NCBI RefSeq assembly: GCF_006345805.1
Contig: NC_043000.1
Coordinates: forward strand, 21,886,001-21,950,000
DNA from: Octopus sinensis
Taxonomy: Eukaryota
Length of the DNA: 64,000 nucleotides
Direction: 5' to 3'
A program made the position numbers and the translations under genes. Below, piece by piece: positions 53,025-64,000 of the stretch. The number at the start of each line of letters is the position of its first letter. The stretch's first letter is position 1. The notes below the pieces were generated by a model. That model was not told the DNA's origin. It saw only the letters and a program-made list of their open reading frames with translations, and did not search any database.

Positions 53025-53560
53025 AGACTGATACCATCGTTGGTCCCCTTGAACAGCAACATGATGATGGTGGCATGAAAAACATAAGAAAGGAATTCCA
53101 GAAGGGTGACTTGTAGAAAATGATCGAGGAAAAATGATAGTGTAGAGCCAGGGGAAGGAGAGAAACAATGTGGGTGGCAAGAAGAAAAGTCAGTCAGTCA
53201 AGTGGACCAGAGTGGAAATGACACACAAGACCAGGGAGTTTCAAAGAACAATGGCCACTACAGTAACAGTAGAAATGGCAGAGTGGAGAACTAAGTTCTC
53301 CACTCTGCCATTTCTACTGTTACTGTAGGGCCATTGTTCTTTGAAACTCCCTGGTCTTGTGTGTCATTTCCACTCTGGTCCACTTGACTGACTGACTTTT
53401 CTTCTTGCCACCCACATTGTTTCTCTCCTTCCCCTGGCTCTACACTATCATTTTTCCTCGATCATTTTCTACAAGTCACCCTTCTGGAATTCCTTTCTTA
53501 TGTTTTTCATGCCACCATCATCATGTTGCTGTTCAAGGGGACCAACGATGGTATCAGTCT
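53025..53560. repeat. 536-bp near-perfect palindrome
   Basis: Arms of about 267 bp centred on 53293 (GAGAAC-TAA-GTTCTC); I found one 1-nt indel. Identical ORFs on opposite strands in the track confirm it. Confidence 0.97.
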
Positions 53561-54954
53561 CTGGGTGAGAAATCAGAGTGCATTGGCAAGTGTGTCCATT
53601 CCAGTCTATCTGGTGACCATTTTTAAGGATGTTGTCTAGGATATCTGTAAGTAAAAAAGCCGTACTGTCTTAGATGTGGAAGCAGTAATCAAATGGGATT
53701 TCAAGAATGAGTCATTTCAGAAGAAAGATCTTGGAATTATATATTAGTTTTTAAAGGCTTTTACCTACATCAAAAGTTGAATTTATTGAAATTCACAGCA
53801 AATAAAACTATGACATTTTCATATAAGAAAGAAAGAAAACTATGAAGTCATGAAGTAAAAGATTAAGTTACTGTTTCAAAGTAAAAGCAAACTAATTCTT
53901 AAAGAACCAAATTTATTTGCAAAAGAACCAGAGTCTTCAAAGTTGGAGAAGTGTCATTTGAACAGATGGAAAAAAAAAAAAAGTAAACAAACACTGGATT
54001 TTGCAAATATCAAAATATTTAAGATATTAGTAGTGCTGGTGCCATGTAAAAAGGACTCAGTCCACTCTGTAAGCTAGTTGGTGTTAGAAAAAGCATCCAG
54101 CTGTAAAAACCATGCCAAAATAGACAGTGAAGCCTTGTGCAGTCTTCTGTCAAACCATCCAACCCATGCCAACATGGAAAACGGACGTTAAATGATGATG
54201 AACATTTTCTGACATTAGTCAATAACATAGCTCCTTAGGGCAAACAAGGGAGCCTCTATATAGACACTTGTTAGAAATAGGCACCAAATCCCTCATAACC
54301 ATCTCATAAAAGGAAGGACATATTGAATAATGTAATTCCTTATACAATATGACTGTTAAAGATAGATAATATGGTCATGGCTGGAACATATTTAACCACA
54401 AGTTTGCTTGATCAGGGCTGACATAGCACTAATCAACAGCTTAAACCTCTTATATGCCTTTAATAGTTCCTTATTTAAGGCAATGTTACTTCAGTAAACA
54501 AGGATTTTAATTGGATCAAACACTCAACTTATAAGCAATAACTCAATTCCTTAGAATGTTACTTCTTCACTAGCTACTTGATTACAACATATAAAACATG
54601 AAGTCCTTTCTTATTTCCATCTCATCAACATAGACATTGCTTGAAGATTCGTTATACTCCCTATGTTCTAACTTATTAACAATACTTGATTATTTCATAT
54701 CACATACAACACTCTCCATTCTTTTATACCCTTTCAATCTATTCATTTGTAACGTAGGCACAAGAAGTATAGGTAATCATATTTTAACTGGTACTTATTT
54801 TATCAATGCAATTTCAAACTCAAATATAAAGAGACATACTGTATTTATTCAAGAACAAAATGATGTAGAATATAATGCGACATGGTCGTATACATTGTGT
54901 ACCTAAAACTCAATGATATGTTTTATCCTCATTTTTCTACTCGAGTATACACAA

Positions 54955-55235
54955 CGAGACATGGAAGAGCACTGTGAAAATCAACAGAAAGCTAGACGTG
55001 TTCCACTGCAGATGCTTGAGAACGATTCTGAGAATGTATTGGCAAGATCATGTAACCAATGAAGACAATCTAAAGAAAGCCAACAGAAGATCACTTAGCT
55101 AAATCCTCACAGAACAAAGATTAAAACTAGCAGGTTACATACTCTGACTTTCAGAACCCCATTCTAAAACAGCTTTCAAACAGGCACCACTGGAGGAACA
55201 AAGAAAGAGAGGAGGACCGAAAACTACATGGCATA
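54955..55235 (+). mobile_element. LINE (RTE-like) 3' fragment
   Basis: ETWKSTVKINRKLDVFHCRCLRTILRMYWQDHVTNE...RKRGGPKTTW. Confidence 0.88.
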
Positions 55236-55581
55236 GATCATTCATAACAGACATAAGAGAGGCCAATAGCCCATAGCCAGATGCATTGAAAACTACAACC
55301 AACAGAAACCAGTGGCATCAACTAGCTGCCCAAAGTGCTCAAGAGCACAGGAGGAACTGGTAATGCTACTTCCAAATTGGACCCAGCTGCTTTGTATTTA
55401 ATTTCTTGCTTTATGGTGAAGAATATTGGTTTCAAATTTTGGCACAAGGCCAGTTTATGGTGAAGACTATTGCAAGACATTTTGTCTACTGCTCTACCAC
55501 TTCTATTAATCCCCTGTCCTCATGTTCATCATCCTTAACAATGAATACCATCCCAAACAAAATTCTCCAGATTATAAATTA

Positions 55582-55947
55582 TTAGCACTATGACCCGGCA
55601 ATGCCGGGTCATAGTGCTAATGCATGCATATACAGCTGTGTGCATGTGCACATACATGCGAGTACTGTCCAAATCTCTGACCAATCGCATACAGCTAGCT
55701 GGCATTCAATGGGCGTATCAAGTTTCAGGTATTTTGATTGGGCTTTGGATAGAAAATTCACAAAAAAGTCACTTCTATTGATTTTTTAATGGCTTTGCAG
55801 GGTGACTGGGGAAATGTAAAGATGTGCACAACCACCCTTGAACAGTTTTGAATGACCATAGAAAGTGCGAGGCCGCTAACTTAAAAATTGTGGATTTGTA
55901 TAAAGGACACACACACACAGACATTTTGCCGTTTATATATAGAGAGA
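55582..55947 (-). mobile_element. Short non-autonomous Helitron (366 bp)
   Basis: Minus strand A|TCTCTCTATATATAAACGGCA ... CCCGGCATTGCCGGG ... GCTAA|T. Confidence 0.75.
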
Positions 55948-56061
55948 TAACATGTTGCTACACCCATCACATATTAACAACAAAATGAAAATACTAAAAC
56001 TTAAGAATGACTTAAACACATTAGGATCACAGTTCACAGCTCTTGTATAATGTTATAGTAC

Positions 56062-56170
56062 CTTCATAATATCCAACCACCCACAATGACTTATCTCAAA
56101 GAAACAATCTTCATCATTGTTACAACATCCAATTATATCAAAACCACTTTCTGTAATTTCTATTTCTTCA
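56062..56170 (-). CDS. Probable coding exon, 109 nt (EEIEITESGFDIIGCCNNDEDCFFEISHCGWLDIMK); the end resembles a MAM-domain start
   Basis: Acceptor CTCTTTTTCATTCTAG, donor GAAG|GTACTA, open frame, phase 2/0; CFFEISHCGW fits the MAM CxFExxxCGW motif. Confidence 0.6.
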
Positions 56171-56279
56171 CTAGAATGAAAAAGAGTGTTGTAGAGCCAA
56201 CAAAGAGGGAATCTATGTAACCACTGAACCTTGTAGAAATAACAGCCAAATATCACTCACATCACAGTTTTATCTAAAA

Positions 56280-56647
56280 CTAGCAGTATCGCCCGGCGTT
56301 GCTCGGGTTTGTAAGGGAAATAACTATAAAGCATTTTTAGAGAGTTATAGCCAAAAATGGGAAAAAAATGATGGTAAATATTTTTTTTAGTTAAAAAGGT
56401 CGAGTTGCATCCCCTAGACAGTCTGTAGTTTGTGTTCTAATTCTTGACCCCATGTCGAATTTATCGATTTTTTTCAGAACTGGGGAACTTTTCAAAATTT
56501 CGCTGCGTTAGTTTTGAATTATGACATTGGGCTATGTGTGTGTCAAGTTTCATCAGAATCGGTTGAAAGCCGTGGTCAGGGTGAGGGTACAAGCAAACAG
56601 ACACACAGAAACACACACAGACAAACTGCCGTTTATATAGAGAGAGA
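56280..56647 (-). mobile_element. Short non-autonomous Helitron (368 bp)
   Basis: Minus strand A|TCTCTCTCTATATAAACGGCAG ... CCCGAGCAACGCCGGG ... GCTAG|T. Confidence 0.82.
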
Positions 56648-56824
56648 TAAATGACAGCATGATCGTGATTAAAATGCCTTAGATCATAAGGCTGACTTAG
56701 GGCAAAACAATGAAAAATCTCAAGTACTTATGCACAACTAAATCTACTTTGTCCACAGCTACTGTAGCTATCATATGAACAGATTGGATAACAAAATAAG
56801 TAAAATACTCCGGCTTTGTTGAGA

Positions 56825-57150
56825 CCCCCTTCAGTCATGACTGATTGCACCTAGAAAGTTACCCTCCCAGGCACAAGTCTGGGCAAGGTTGTTTATGGAA
56901 GACCAGCAGTTGCCCATGCATACTGGCCTCCCCTCTCCACACTACCAGTGTTATCCAAGGGTAAGGCAACAGCAGATACAGCTTGGCACCTGTGACGTCG
57001 CAACTCATTTCTACAGCTGAGTGAACTGGAGCAACATGAAATAAAGTGTCTTCCTCAAGAACACAACACGCAGCCCGGTCCGGGATTCGAAGTCACAACC
57101 TCACAATCGTAAGCTCGACGCTCTAGCCATTGAGCCATGTGCCTTCACTA
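56825..57150 (-). mobile_element. tRNA-derived SINE
   Basis: Reverse head GGCTCAATGGCTAGAGCGTCGAGCTTACGATTGTGAGGTTGTGACTTCGAATCCC. Confidence 0.8.
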
Positions 57151-58234
57151 AAATGCCCCTCTGGAATTCCTTTCTTATGTTTTTCATGCCACCATCTTCA
57201 TGTTGCTGTTCAAGGGGACCAACGATGGTATCAGTTTTACCAATGTCTGAGAGGTTGTGAAATACCCCAGCTACACTCAACATAACCAACCCTTATATGA
57301 TAGAATTTGTGATGTAGTCCATGACCAGGGGTGAAGCACAACTGGTGGGTTGGATTTGTAGATTACCGCTAAGTGTTTGACTGCTACCCAGTATGATTCA
57401 ACTCCAGTAAAACTGACTAGAACTAATCAACAATGAGTGTTTTAAGTCCAGCACTCCTCTCACCCAGTCACTTTCTTCTTTCCTCAGTGCATGACCTAGC
57501 TACCTCATCCTATTTCTTTTCCCAACAACCATTATTGTCTCTATTCTCGTCATTCTCTGAAATTCATTATTAGTCTTCCTCTTTCTCGACAATACTCTAT
57601 TCATTCACCAAACTGTTCTCATTTCCAGTCTTTACAACTGTCTTTGCTGCACCATGTTCATTACCAATATCTCACTCACATGATTCAAACATAGAACTTG
57701 TTTGTGTATCTTGGTTTAGAATAGGTACATAATCTCCTTAAAGATTGTAAGAACAACATTTTGTACCAGAAGGGGCATGTTTGACTAGGATTACACAAAA
57801 TTTAAAATCTGGCAAGTCAACAAAGAAGCCTCTGCACAGTCAACTGATGGACTAGAAATAGCTGCCAAATTCCCCTCAGTTGACAATTCTTGGTATAACA
57901 AAGATCTCCAAGCTTTATAAAGCTTAGGGCCTCACTAAGTCCAACTCCAGCACTGAGCCCAGTCACTTTGGCCATTAGTTGACCAAGCTAGCTGTCCCCC
58001 AATTGTCATGCTGTCCCTGAACTTACAAAACATTATTAACATTGTAGAATCTATTATTATTTAACCCAAGGTAGTTATGATCAAATAGATCTATAATCAA
58101 AGTCATTCTAACCATGACCATCTTATTTTTTTCCTCAAAAACTGTATATCTAAGACATTATTCAAAGTCCCCTTTCATGCTTTTCAAGAGGTGGGGTATG
58201 GCATAAATTAAATTTAGCAGGCATCCAAACTAAA

Positions 58235-58787
58235 CGAGGTCTGATCAAAAAGTATTGAGACTGTTGCTATGGTAAAAGAGCTAAAGTACGCAGAGTAAAG
58301 CCGCTTGGCACAGATTGACCTTGAACTATATCATGCATGCACACTAAATAATAACATTCTTACTCACTTCCATTGTTTATAGCAGCACTTGTAAGTAAAG
58401 GGTGTAGAGTGCGATCATCTCACCACACCACAGAAGATCCATCAGTGACCATAGCAGAGAAAATGTGTGTGTGTGTGTGTGTGTGTGTGCATGGAAAGAG
58501 ACATGGCTTCAAGGTTATTATAGCTAAGAATATTTCCAAAAATCAAATCCCACTTGAAAGGAACAAGATTTCAAGACGTTGAAGAAATCCAAGAGAATGC
58601 GACAAGGCAGCTTCTCACTATCCCCAAAAAAGGAGTTCCAGGAATGCTCCAGTCAATGAAAATAACACTGGATAAAGTGAGTGGCTTCAGAAGGGGACAA
58701 CTTCAAAGAAGACTAAATGTTGAATTGACATGTGTTGCAGTTTTCCTTTTTTTATAGCACCAGTCCTGATACTTTTCGATCAGACCT
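58235..58787 (+). mobile_element. Internally deleted mariner element
   Basis: TIR CGAGGTCTGATCAAAAAGTAT / ATACTTTTCGATCAGACCT; C-terminal transposase remnant KIKSHLKGTRFQDVEEIQENATRQL. Confidence 0.85.
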
Positions 58788-58827
58788 ATTACAGAGCCCT
58801 TTGTGGAATCTGCTTGATTCTGCACTC

Positions 58828-59168
58828 TTTTACTTATTTCAGTCATTTGACTGTGGCCATGCTGGAGCACCATCTTTAGTCGAACAAATTGATCCTAGGA
58901 CTTATTCTTTGTAAGCCTAGTACTTATTCTATCGGTCTCTTTTGCCGAACTGCTAAGTTACGGGGACGTAAACACACCAGCATCGGTTGTCAAGCGATGT
59001 TGGGAGGAAAAACACAGACACACAAATATATATATATATATACAACGGGCTACTTTCAGTTTCCATCTACCAAATCCACTCACAAGGCTCGAGGTTATAG
59101 TAGAAGACACTGAGTGAACCCGGAACCATGTGGTTCGTAAGCAAGCTACTTACCACACAGCCACTCCT
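58828..59168 (-). mobile_element. SINE family A
   Basis: Reverse of the family sequence. Confidence 0.9.
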
Positions 59169-59404
59169 ATGCACTAGAAACAAAATGATCAAGAAGATAA
59201 GATACTGGAATATTAATTCCTAAGTAATCAGCTCAAATCCACTGCAGTTCTGTTATATAGTTGAGTAGTACACTTAAATTACATATCAGCCACTAGCATA
59301 GCTAGAGTGTGTGCTGCCCAGAGTGGCCCTTCCATTTGCTGCCCCTGTACCCCACTAAAAACACATACTGCTTACAGTAGACCCAAAGTGCAGTGCAGGA
59401 CAGA

Positions 59405-59630
59405 CCACCCCCTCCACTAGCTGTCCAAGAATTTGGACCTGGAGATTTCCATTTCCAGCAACTTCAAGGGCCACCTCCCAGTGGTGTCGGGCGTCAACGA
59501 AGAGCCCTCAACTACAACATGACGGCCAAAGTTTTTTTTTTTCCCAAGGTCTGGGGTCTCCTGCCCCTAAGCCCTAGATCATCACCTAATCACCCTTACC
59601 CGTCCTGTTGCTTAACAACAACAACAACTA
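59405..59630 (+). mobile_element. Retroposon 3' end with (CAA)n tail
   Basis: Matches 27225-27455 in reverse. Confidence 0.75.
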
Positions 59631-59991
59631 GCTACACTAGTAATCACATCTGTTCATTTATGTACAGGTAATTAAGTATCAAAATTGTGGGATCATCATC
59701 ATCATCATCTACTTTTCCATGCTTGCAAGGGTCAGATGAGGTTTACTGAGGCAAATTTTCTACAGCTGGATGCCCTTCCTCTCACCAACCCTCACCTGTT
59801 TCTAAACAAGGGTAATATTTTCCCAAGGTCAAATTGGCTTTACATAACACTGGAAATGAATGACACTGTATGATAGTGACACCCATTTACAACTATCAGT
59901 GAACTAGTTAGCAGTAAACCAGTTCAATACACACTGTGCCTGCATTTCTGCATCTACTTGTCCTCATTGTCTCAAATCCTTCCTTCCTTAC

Positions 59992-60022
59992 CTGAAATAC
60001 AACACTGAGAATTCCCGTGTTA
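59992..60022 (-). CDS. Candidate 31-nt microexon (TREFSVLYF)
   Basis: Acceptor TTTTTTACAG after about 85 nt free of AG; consensus donor CAG|GTAAGG; phase 1/2 links the 63394 and 56170 exons. Confidence 0.5.
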
Positions 60023-60419
60023 CTGTAAAAAATTTCGCCATATAGTAAAATTCATCATAGGGGCAATTATATCAGCATTTTATAAAATAAAAGTAAAAAA
60101 GAATGCTAAAAAGTTTTATCGAGGCATTAAATAGCTAAGTCTTTAATTCAGCGTCAAACATTAAGAAAAACATGATGGTCATTTAAAAACAAAATTTCTA
60201 ACAGCAAATTCTCCTATAAGCAGGATTTCCAACCTATCTATGGTTTCCTCTCAGTCTGGAACTGCTCACAAGAGTCTTTCCTGTACAAATTCATTTCCTT
60301 CTTTTATATTAAAACAAAATATTTTAACTTTATTTTGAATCTGGTGGATCTGATGTGTAACATTACTACTAGCAAGCTCACATTTGCTAAAGGTTATACT
60401 TTTGGATTCACATAAGTGA

Positions 60420-60830
60420 CATCATCACCATCGTTTTAACATCTACATTTCCATGCTTGCATGAGCCAGGTGGAGTTTTACTCAGGCAGATTTTCTACAG
60501 TCAGATGCCCTCCTTGTCACCAACCCTCACCTGTTTCCAAGCAAGGTGAGATTTCGCTATGGCTAGATATGTTTATGCAGGATACTGGAAATGAACGATA
60601 CTACATATATGAGTCTACCATGTGATGACAAGAAGAGACATGTACATGCATTCACGCTTATATACGAATATATATATCACAAGCTTTTTCCAGGTTTTGT
60701 CTACCAAATCCACTTATAAGGGTTTGGTCGGCCCCAGTAAGAAACACTTGCTCAATGTGCCACGCAGTGGGACTGAACATGAAACAACATGGTCGGGAAG
60801 TGAACTTTTTAGCTACACAACCATGTCTGC
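60420..60830 (-). mobile_element. Composite SINE (A head, B-like tail)
   Basis: Reverse match to the 37195 type. Confidence 0.7.
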
Positions 60831-62232
60831 TGCTTTTTACTTGTAGATATATTCAAATAATTCTTTCTAACTTTCCTAAATTACAGTTGGGGCTCATATT
60901 TAATAAGGCAGATTGAAACTGGGATCAGTTACACTACATTTAATGTTATCCATTCACTAAATATATTTTATAGAGGAAGCTATTTTTATTCTCTTTAACT
61001 TTAATTTCAAAGCTGCAAGAAACATTATCTAATAGGTTGTCATATTTCTTTTCCCGTCTGAAACCGAACACATTGAATAAAGATATGTCATTACAACTCT
61101 TTTATTATAACTTCATTCATTATCTGGAATGCATTACTAGAGGAATAGAAAAATATTAGAAGCATTTAAAGTGAGTGTTTGTTAGTTAAGTTAAGATCTG
61201 GCCTATTCAATCTTGTCAAGAAGAAACTACTCATAATTTTCCGAAAGATTTTGTGTAAGTCCGTGATGATAAATGATTGGCATAAATTTACCAAAGTCTA
61301 ACTGAATAAGTTCTCGTTTATGCACAAACGATGAAAATTCAAGAATAGTTATGCAATAAAATAAATACATGCATCAAGGCGAAAAGTCAGCTTGTAAGCG
61401 ATTTGAGTGCAGACAAGTCCGAAGTTCTAGCAAGTTCTATTTTTTTTAATGACTTTTAATTGTCATTTAACAGATGTTAAACCTGTAACATTGATAAATA
61501 ACACTTCCTGTAGAATGGATTTATATAAAGAGTTAATTACAAAATTTGGAAATGATTTTTTTTTTAAGCAAAAGAACTGTTGTTTCGCCGCAGATCAACT
61601 CAATTCCAATCAAACAGACCTATAATTAAAGGCGTTCCCGCCAGGGCTTCCTTCCCTGTGTTGTTGGTATATCAGGGATATATGTTGTTCCCAAATGTAC
61701 CTCCTTTTGTATTTAAATTTAAGGCGCTAGGGTGTAATTTGAGGGAAATCTGACTGCTATATCTTGCAATTAAGAATTTGAAATAGAAGTTAAATAAATT
61801 GAATGCGGACATATCTGAGATGAAGGCCATTACACATGCATACCCATAGGCAAGGAGAAACGGCCCATATATTATTTTTTTTTAAACGAGTGATTGAATC
61901 TTCAATCACTCAAGACCATTAATTGTAAACTGAAAGGAAAGGAATAGTTTAATCTTAAAGGATGCGAGCATGTGTTTATGTTATATTGTACATATATAAT
62001 TTGAGAGCATGATAGTCCGATGCTGTCTTGTTTTATTTCTTTCAATGACTTTTCAACATTAAGTTGTCATTTATCAGCTGTTCTAGTGTTTATATATATA
62101 TTTATTTATTTCTGATGAAACTACAGGAGTAATTGAAAGCGCTAATATGAAGAAATAATATGTGATATGTAAATAAATATATTTTTTTACAACCATCCAG
62201 CATTCTGAACACCTTTTTCTTTCATATATATA

Positions 62233-62289
<57 letters not shown>

Positions 62290-63393
62290 GGCATAGTTTC
62301 TTCGCCTATATATACACCCATCCCAAACTGACCATTGTAAAAGAAAATTCTATACTGAAAAATATAAACACTAATGTTTCAAATTTTGGCACAAGGCCAG
62401 AATAATAAAGATAAAATCATGCAAGTGAAATCTAATCATTTTGGGCGTCACATTTTAATACTAGAAAAAAAATCATTGAATTGAATTATTCAATATTATA
62501 TAGTAAATACCGGATATGCTGGGGATTTATTTTTGTTTGCTTTTTTTTTTACAGTAAGAAGTTTCCTCGATTAGAAAACAATTTTAAAAAAACAAACTAT
62601 ATTGTCTACCTTAAAGTTACTTTAAAATATTTTATTTTATTTTCACGAAATGCATGAGGATATATACAAATCATATAAAATCATTTAAAGTCATTTTAAC
62701 AATTTAATTTAAAAGAAAATAACTAAAGTCAAAATACAAAACTTTTTTTTCATTGATATATATACATATATATATAACCTTGGATTTTATAATTTCAGAA
62801 ATATATGTAGAATTTACAAGAGAAAATTGGACAGCAACTTCAAAGTTTTGCCTTAGCAGTCATGTGATTGACTAATGACTAGTGAATGAAACCTTCGAGG
62901 TCACTGTCTACCTTTTGTATGTTAATAAACATGGTACTCTAGTAAATAATACTGAGCAATCCTTCAATCTCATGTTCCAAGTGTTTTTGTACTTCACATG
63001 AAAAACAAGCAATATATATATATATATATGCAATTAAACTGAATAATCTCTCAGAATATCAATTAGTTTATTAATTAAATTCAATTTAAAATATACATAC
63101 ATACGTAAATGCACATTGGTTCTACTAAACATCACAGAGGAATCATTAACTTTTTTTAAAGTCCTTTAAAGATAAAGGCTTCTGGACAATTATCTATGTC
63201 AACTTTTTAAAGATTAATCCAAAATTTGGTTATTTATTAAAATATTAGGAATAAACTGGTTCGATCGAAAGGAATAATTAGATGGTAGAATCCCACTATT
63301 TTTGATGGAAGTAAATAAGTATATATTTAAACAAAACAGTAGTCTTTGCTGGCAAATAGAATGAATTAACTTAGAAAAATGCGTGCTACTCAC

Positions 63394-63440
63394 TATTAAT
63401 ATATGTGTGTGTCAAGAAGTAGATGGAAGCATCAAAGTTG
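63394..63440 (-). CDS. Candidate 47-nt exon (NFDASIYFLTHTYIN)
   Basis: Acceptor TTTCTTTTCTCTCACGGCTTGTCTCAG, donor A|GTGAGT; only one frame is compatible with the next exon. Confidence 0.5.
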
Positions 63441-64000
63441 CTGAGACAAGCCGTGAGAGAAAAGAAACCATACAATGAACTTTAAATAGTTTTTACATCT
63501 TGTCTAACACACTGTGATATCTTCTTTATATATACAGGTCTCGTGTTATTTTATTCATAACACCATTGTTATTGATTTTCAAGAAAAAGCACATAGAACG
63601 TTTTGTTGAGTGAAATGTCGAGACAATTAAGATCTGATGATCAGTAAGATAATTTACATTAGGTTAAATAAAAATAAAAAATATAAACGACTTGCATCTG
63701 ATTTATTGTTCTGCAATGTGAACAACTTGTTTGAAGATGAACATCTAAATTTCGTGAGGCTTTTTTGTTTGTTTGTTCTTTTTTTCTCACCCTCACCTTA
63801 CAGAAATATAATTAAGAAGAGAGCACTATCTTTTTCTCCTTAATTACATGAAATTAAGCGTTTATATTATATATATTTTTAATTTTACCTTTCAGTTGGA
63901 ATTTTGTTTTCATATAAATTCATTTACCAGTTGCATCTAAGACGCAGAAAATAGAAAAATCCTTCGAAATAACATAGTTGGCTCTTTAAACATATATATG

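Noticed and set aside
52983-53626. Duplicated small gene (two ORFs starting MPPTLFLSFPW)
   Set aside because: Both are readings of the palindrome arms; starts are non-ATG and there is no other support.

Overview
AT-rich, repeat-dense eukaryotic (animal) genomic DNA, not prokaryotic. The tRNA-derived SINE families and microsatellite load look like an octopus (coleoid cephalopod) genome; that assignment is recognition from memory, not a database result. I see no CRISPR array, rRNA or true tRNA gene, and none of the supplied ORFs is a convincing intact single-exon gene. The window is mostly intron/intergenic DNA. It holds about 35 SINE copies; Merlin-like, piggyBac-like and Tc1/mariner MITEs; three non-autonomous Helitrons; decayed Tigger, mariner and LINE (RTE, CR1) fragments; and many microsatellites. 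Probable host-gene content is on the minus strand: a phase-compatible chain of three small exons (63440-63394, 60022-59992, 56170-56062) with a CUB/MAM-like flavour, an exon pair near 30.7/29.9 kb, and a probable first exon plus promoter at about 2.2-2.9 kb. The most unusual structures are: a near-perfect 536-bp palindrome at 53.0-53.6 kb; a 2.5-kb purine/pyrimidine-alternating satellite with a higher-order duplication, enclosed by inverted arms; an exon sandwiched between two Helitrons; MITEs carrying telomere-like G4 motifs; and short elements with degenerate hammerhead-like cores. I cannot claim a new biological system from sequence alone. SINE and LINE boundaries are approximate.
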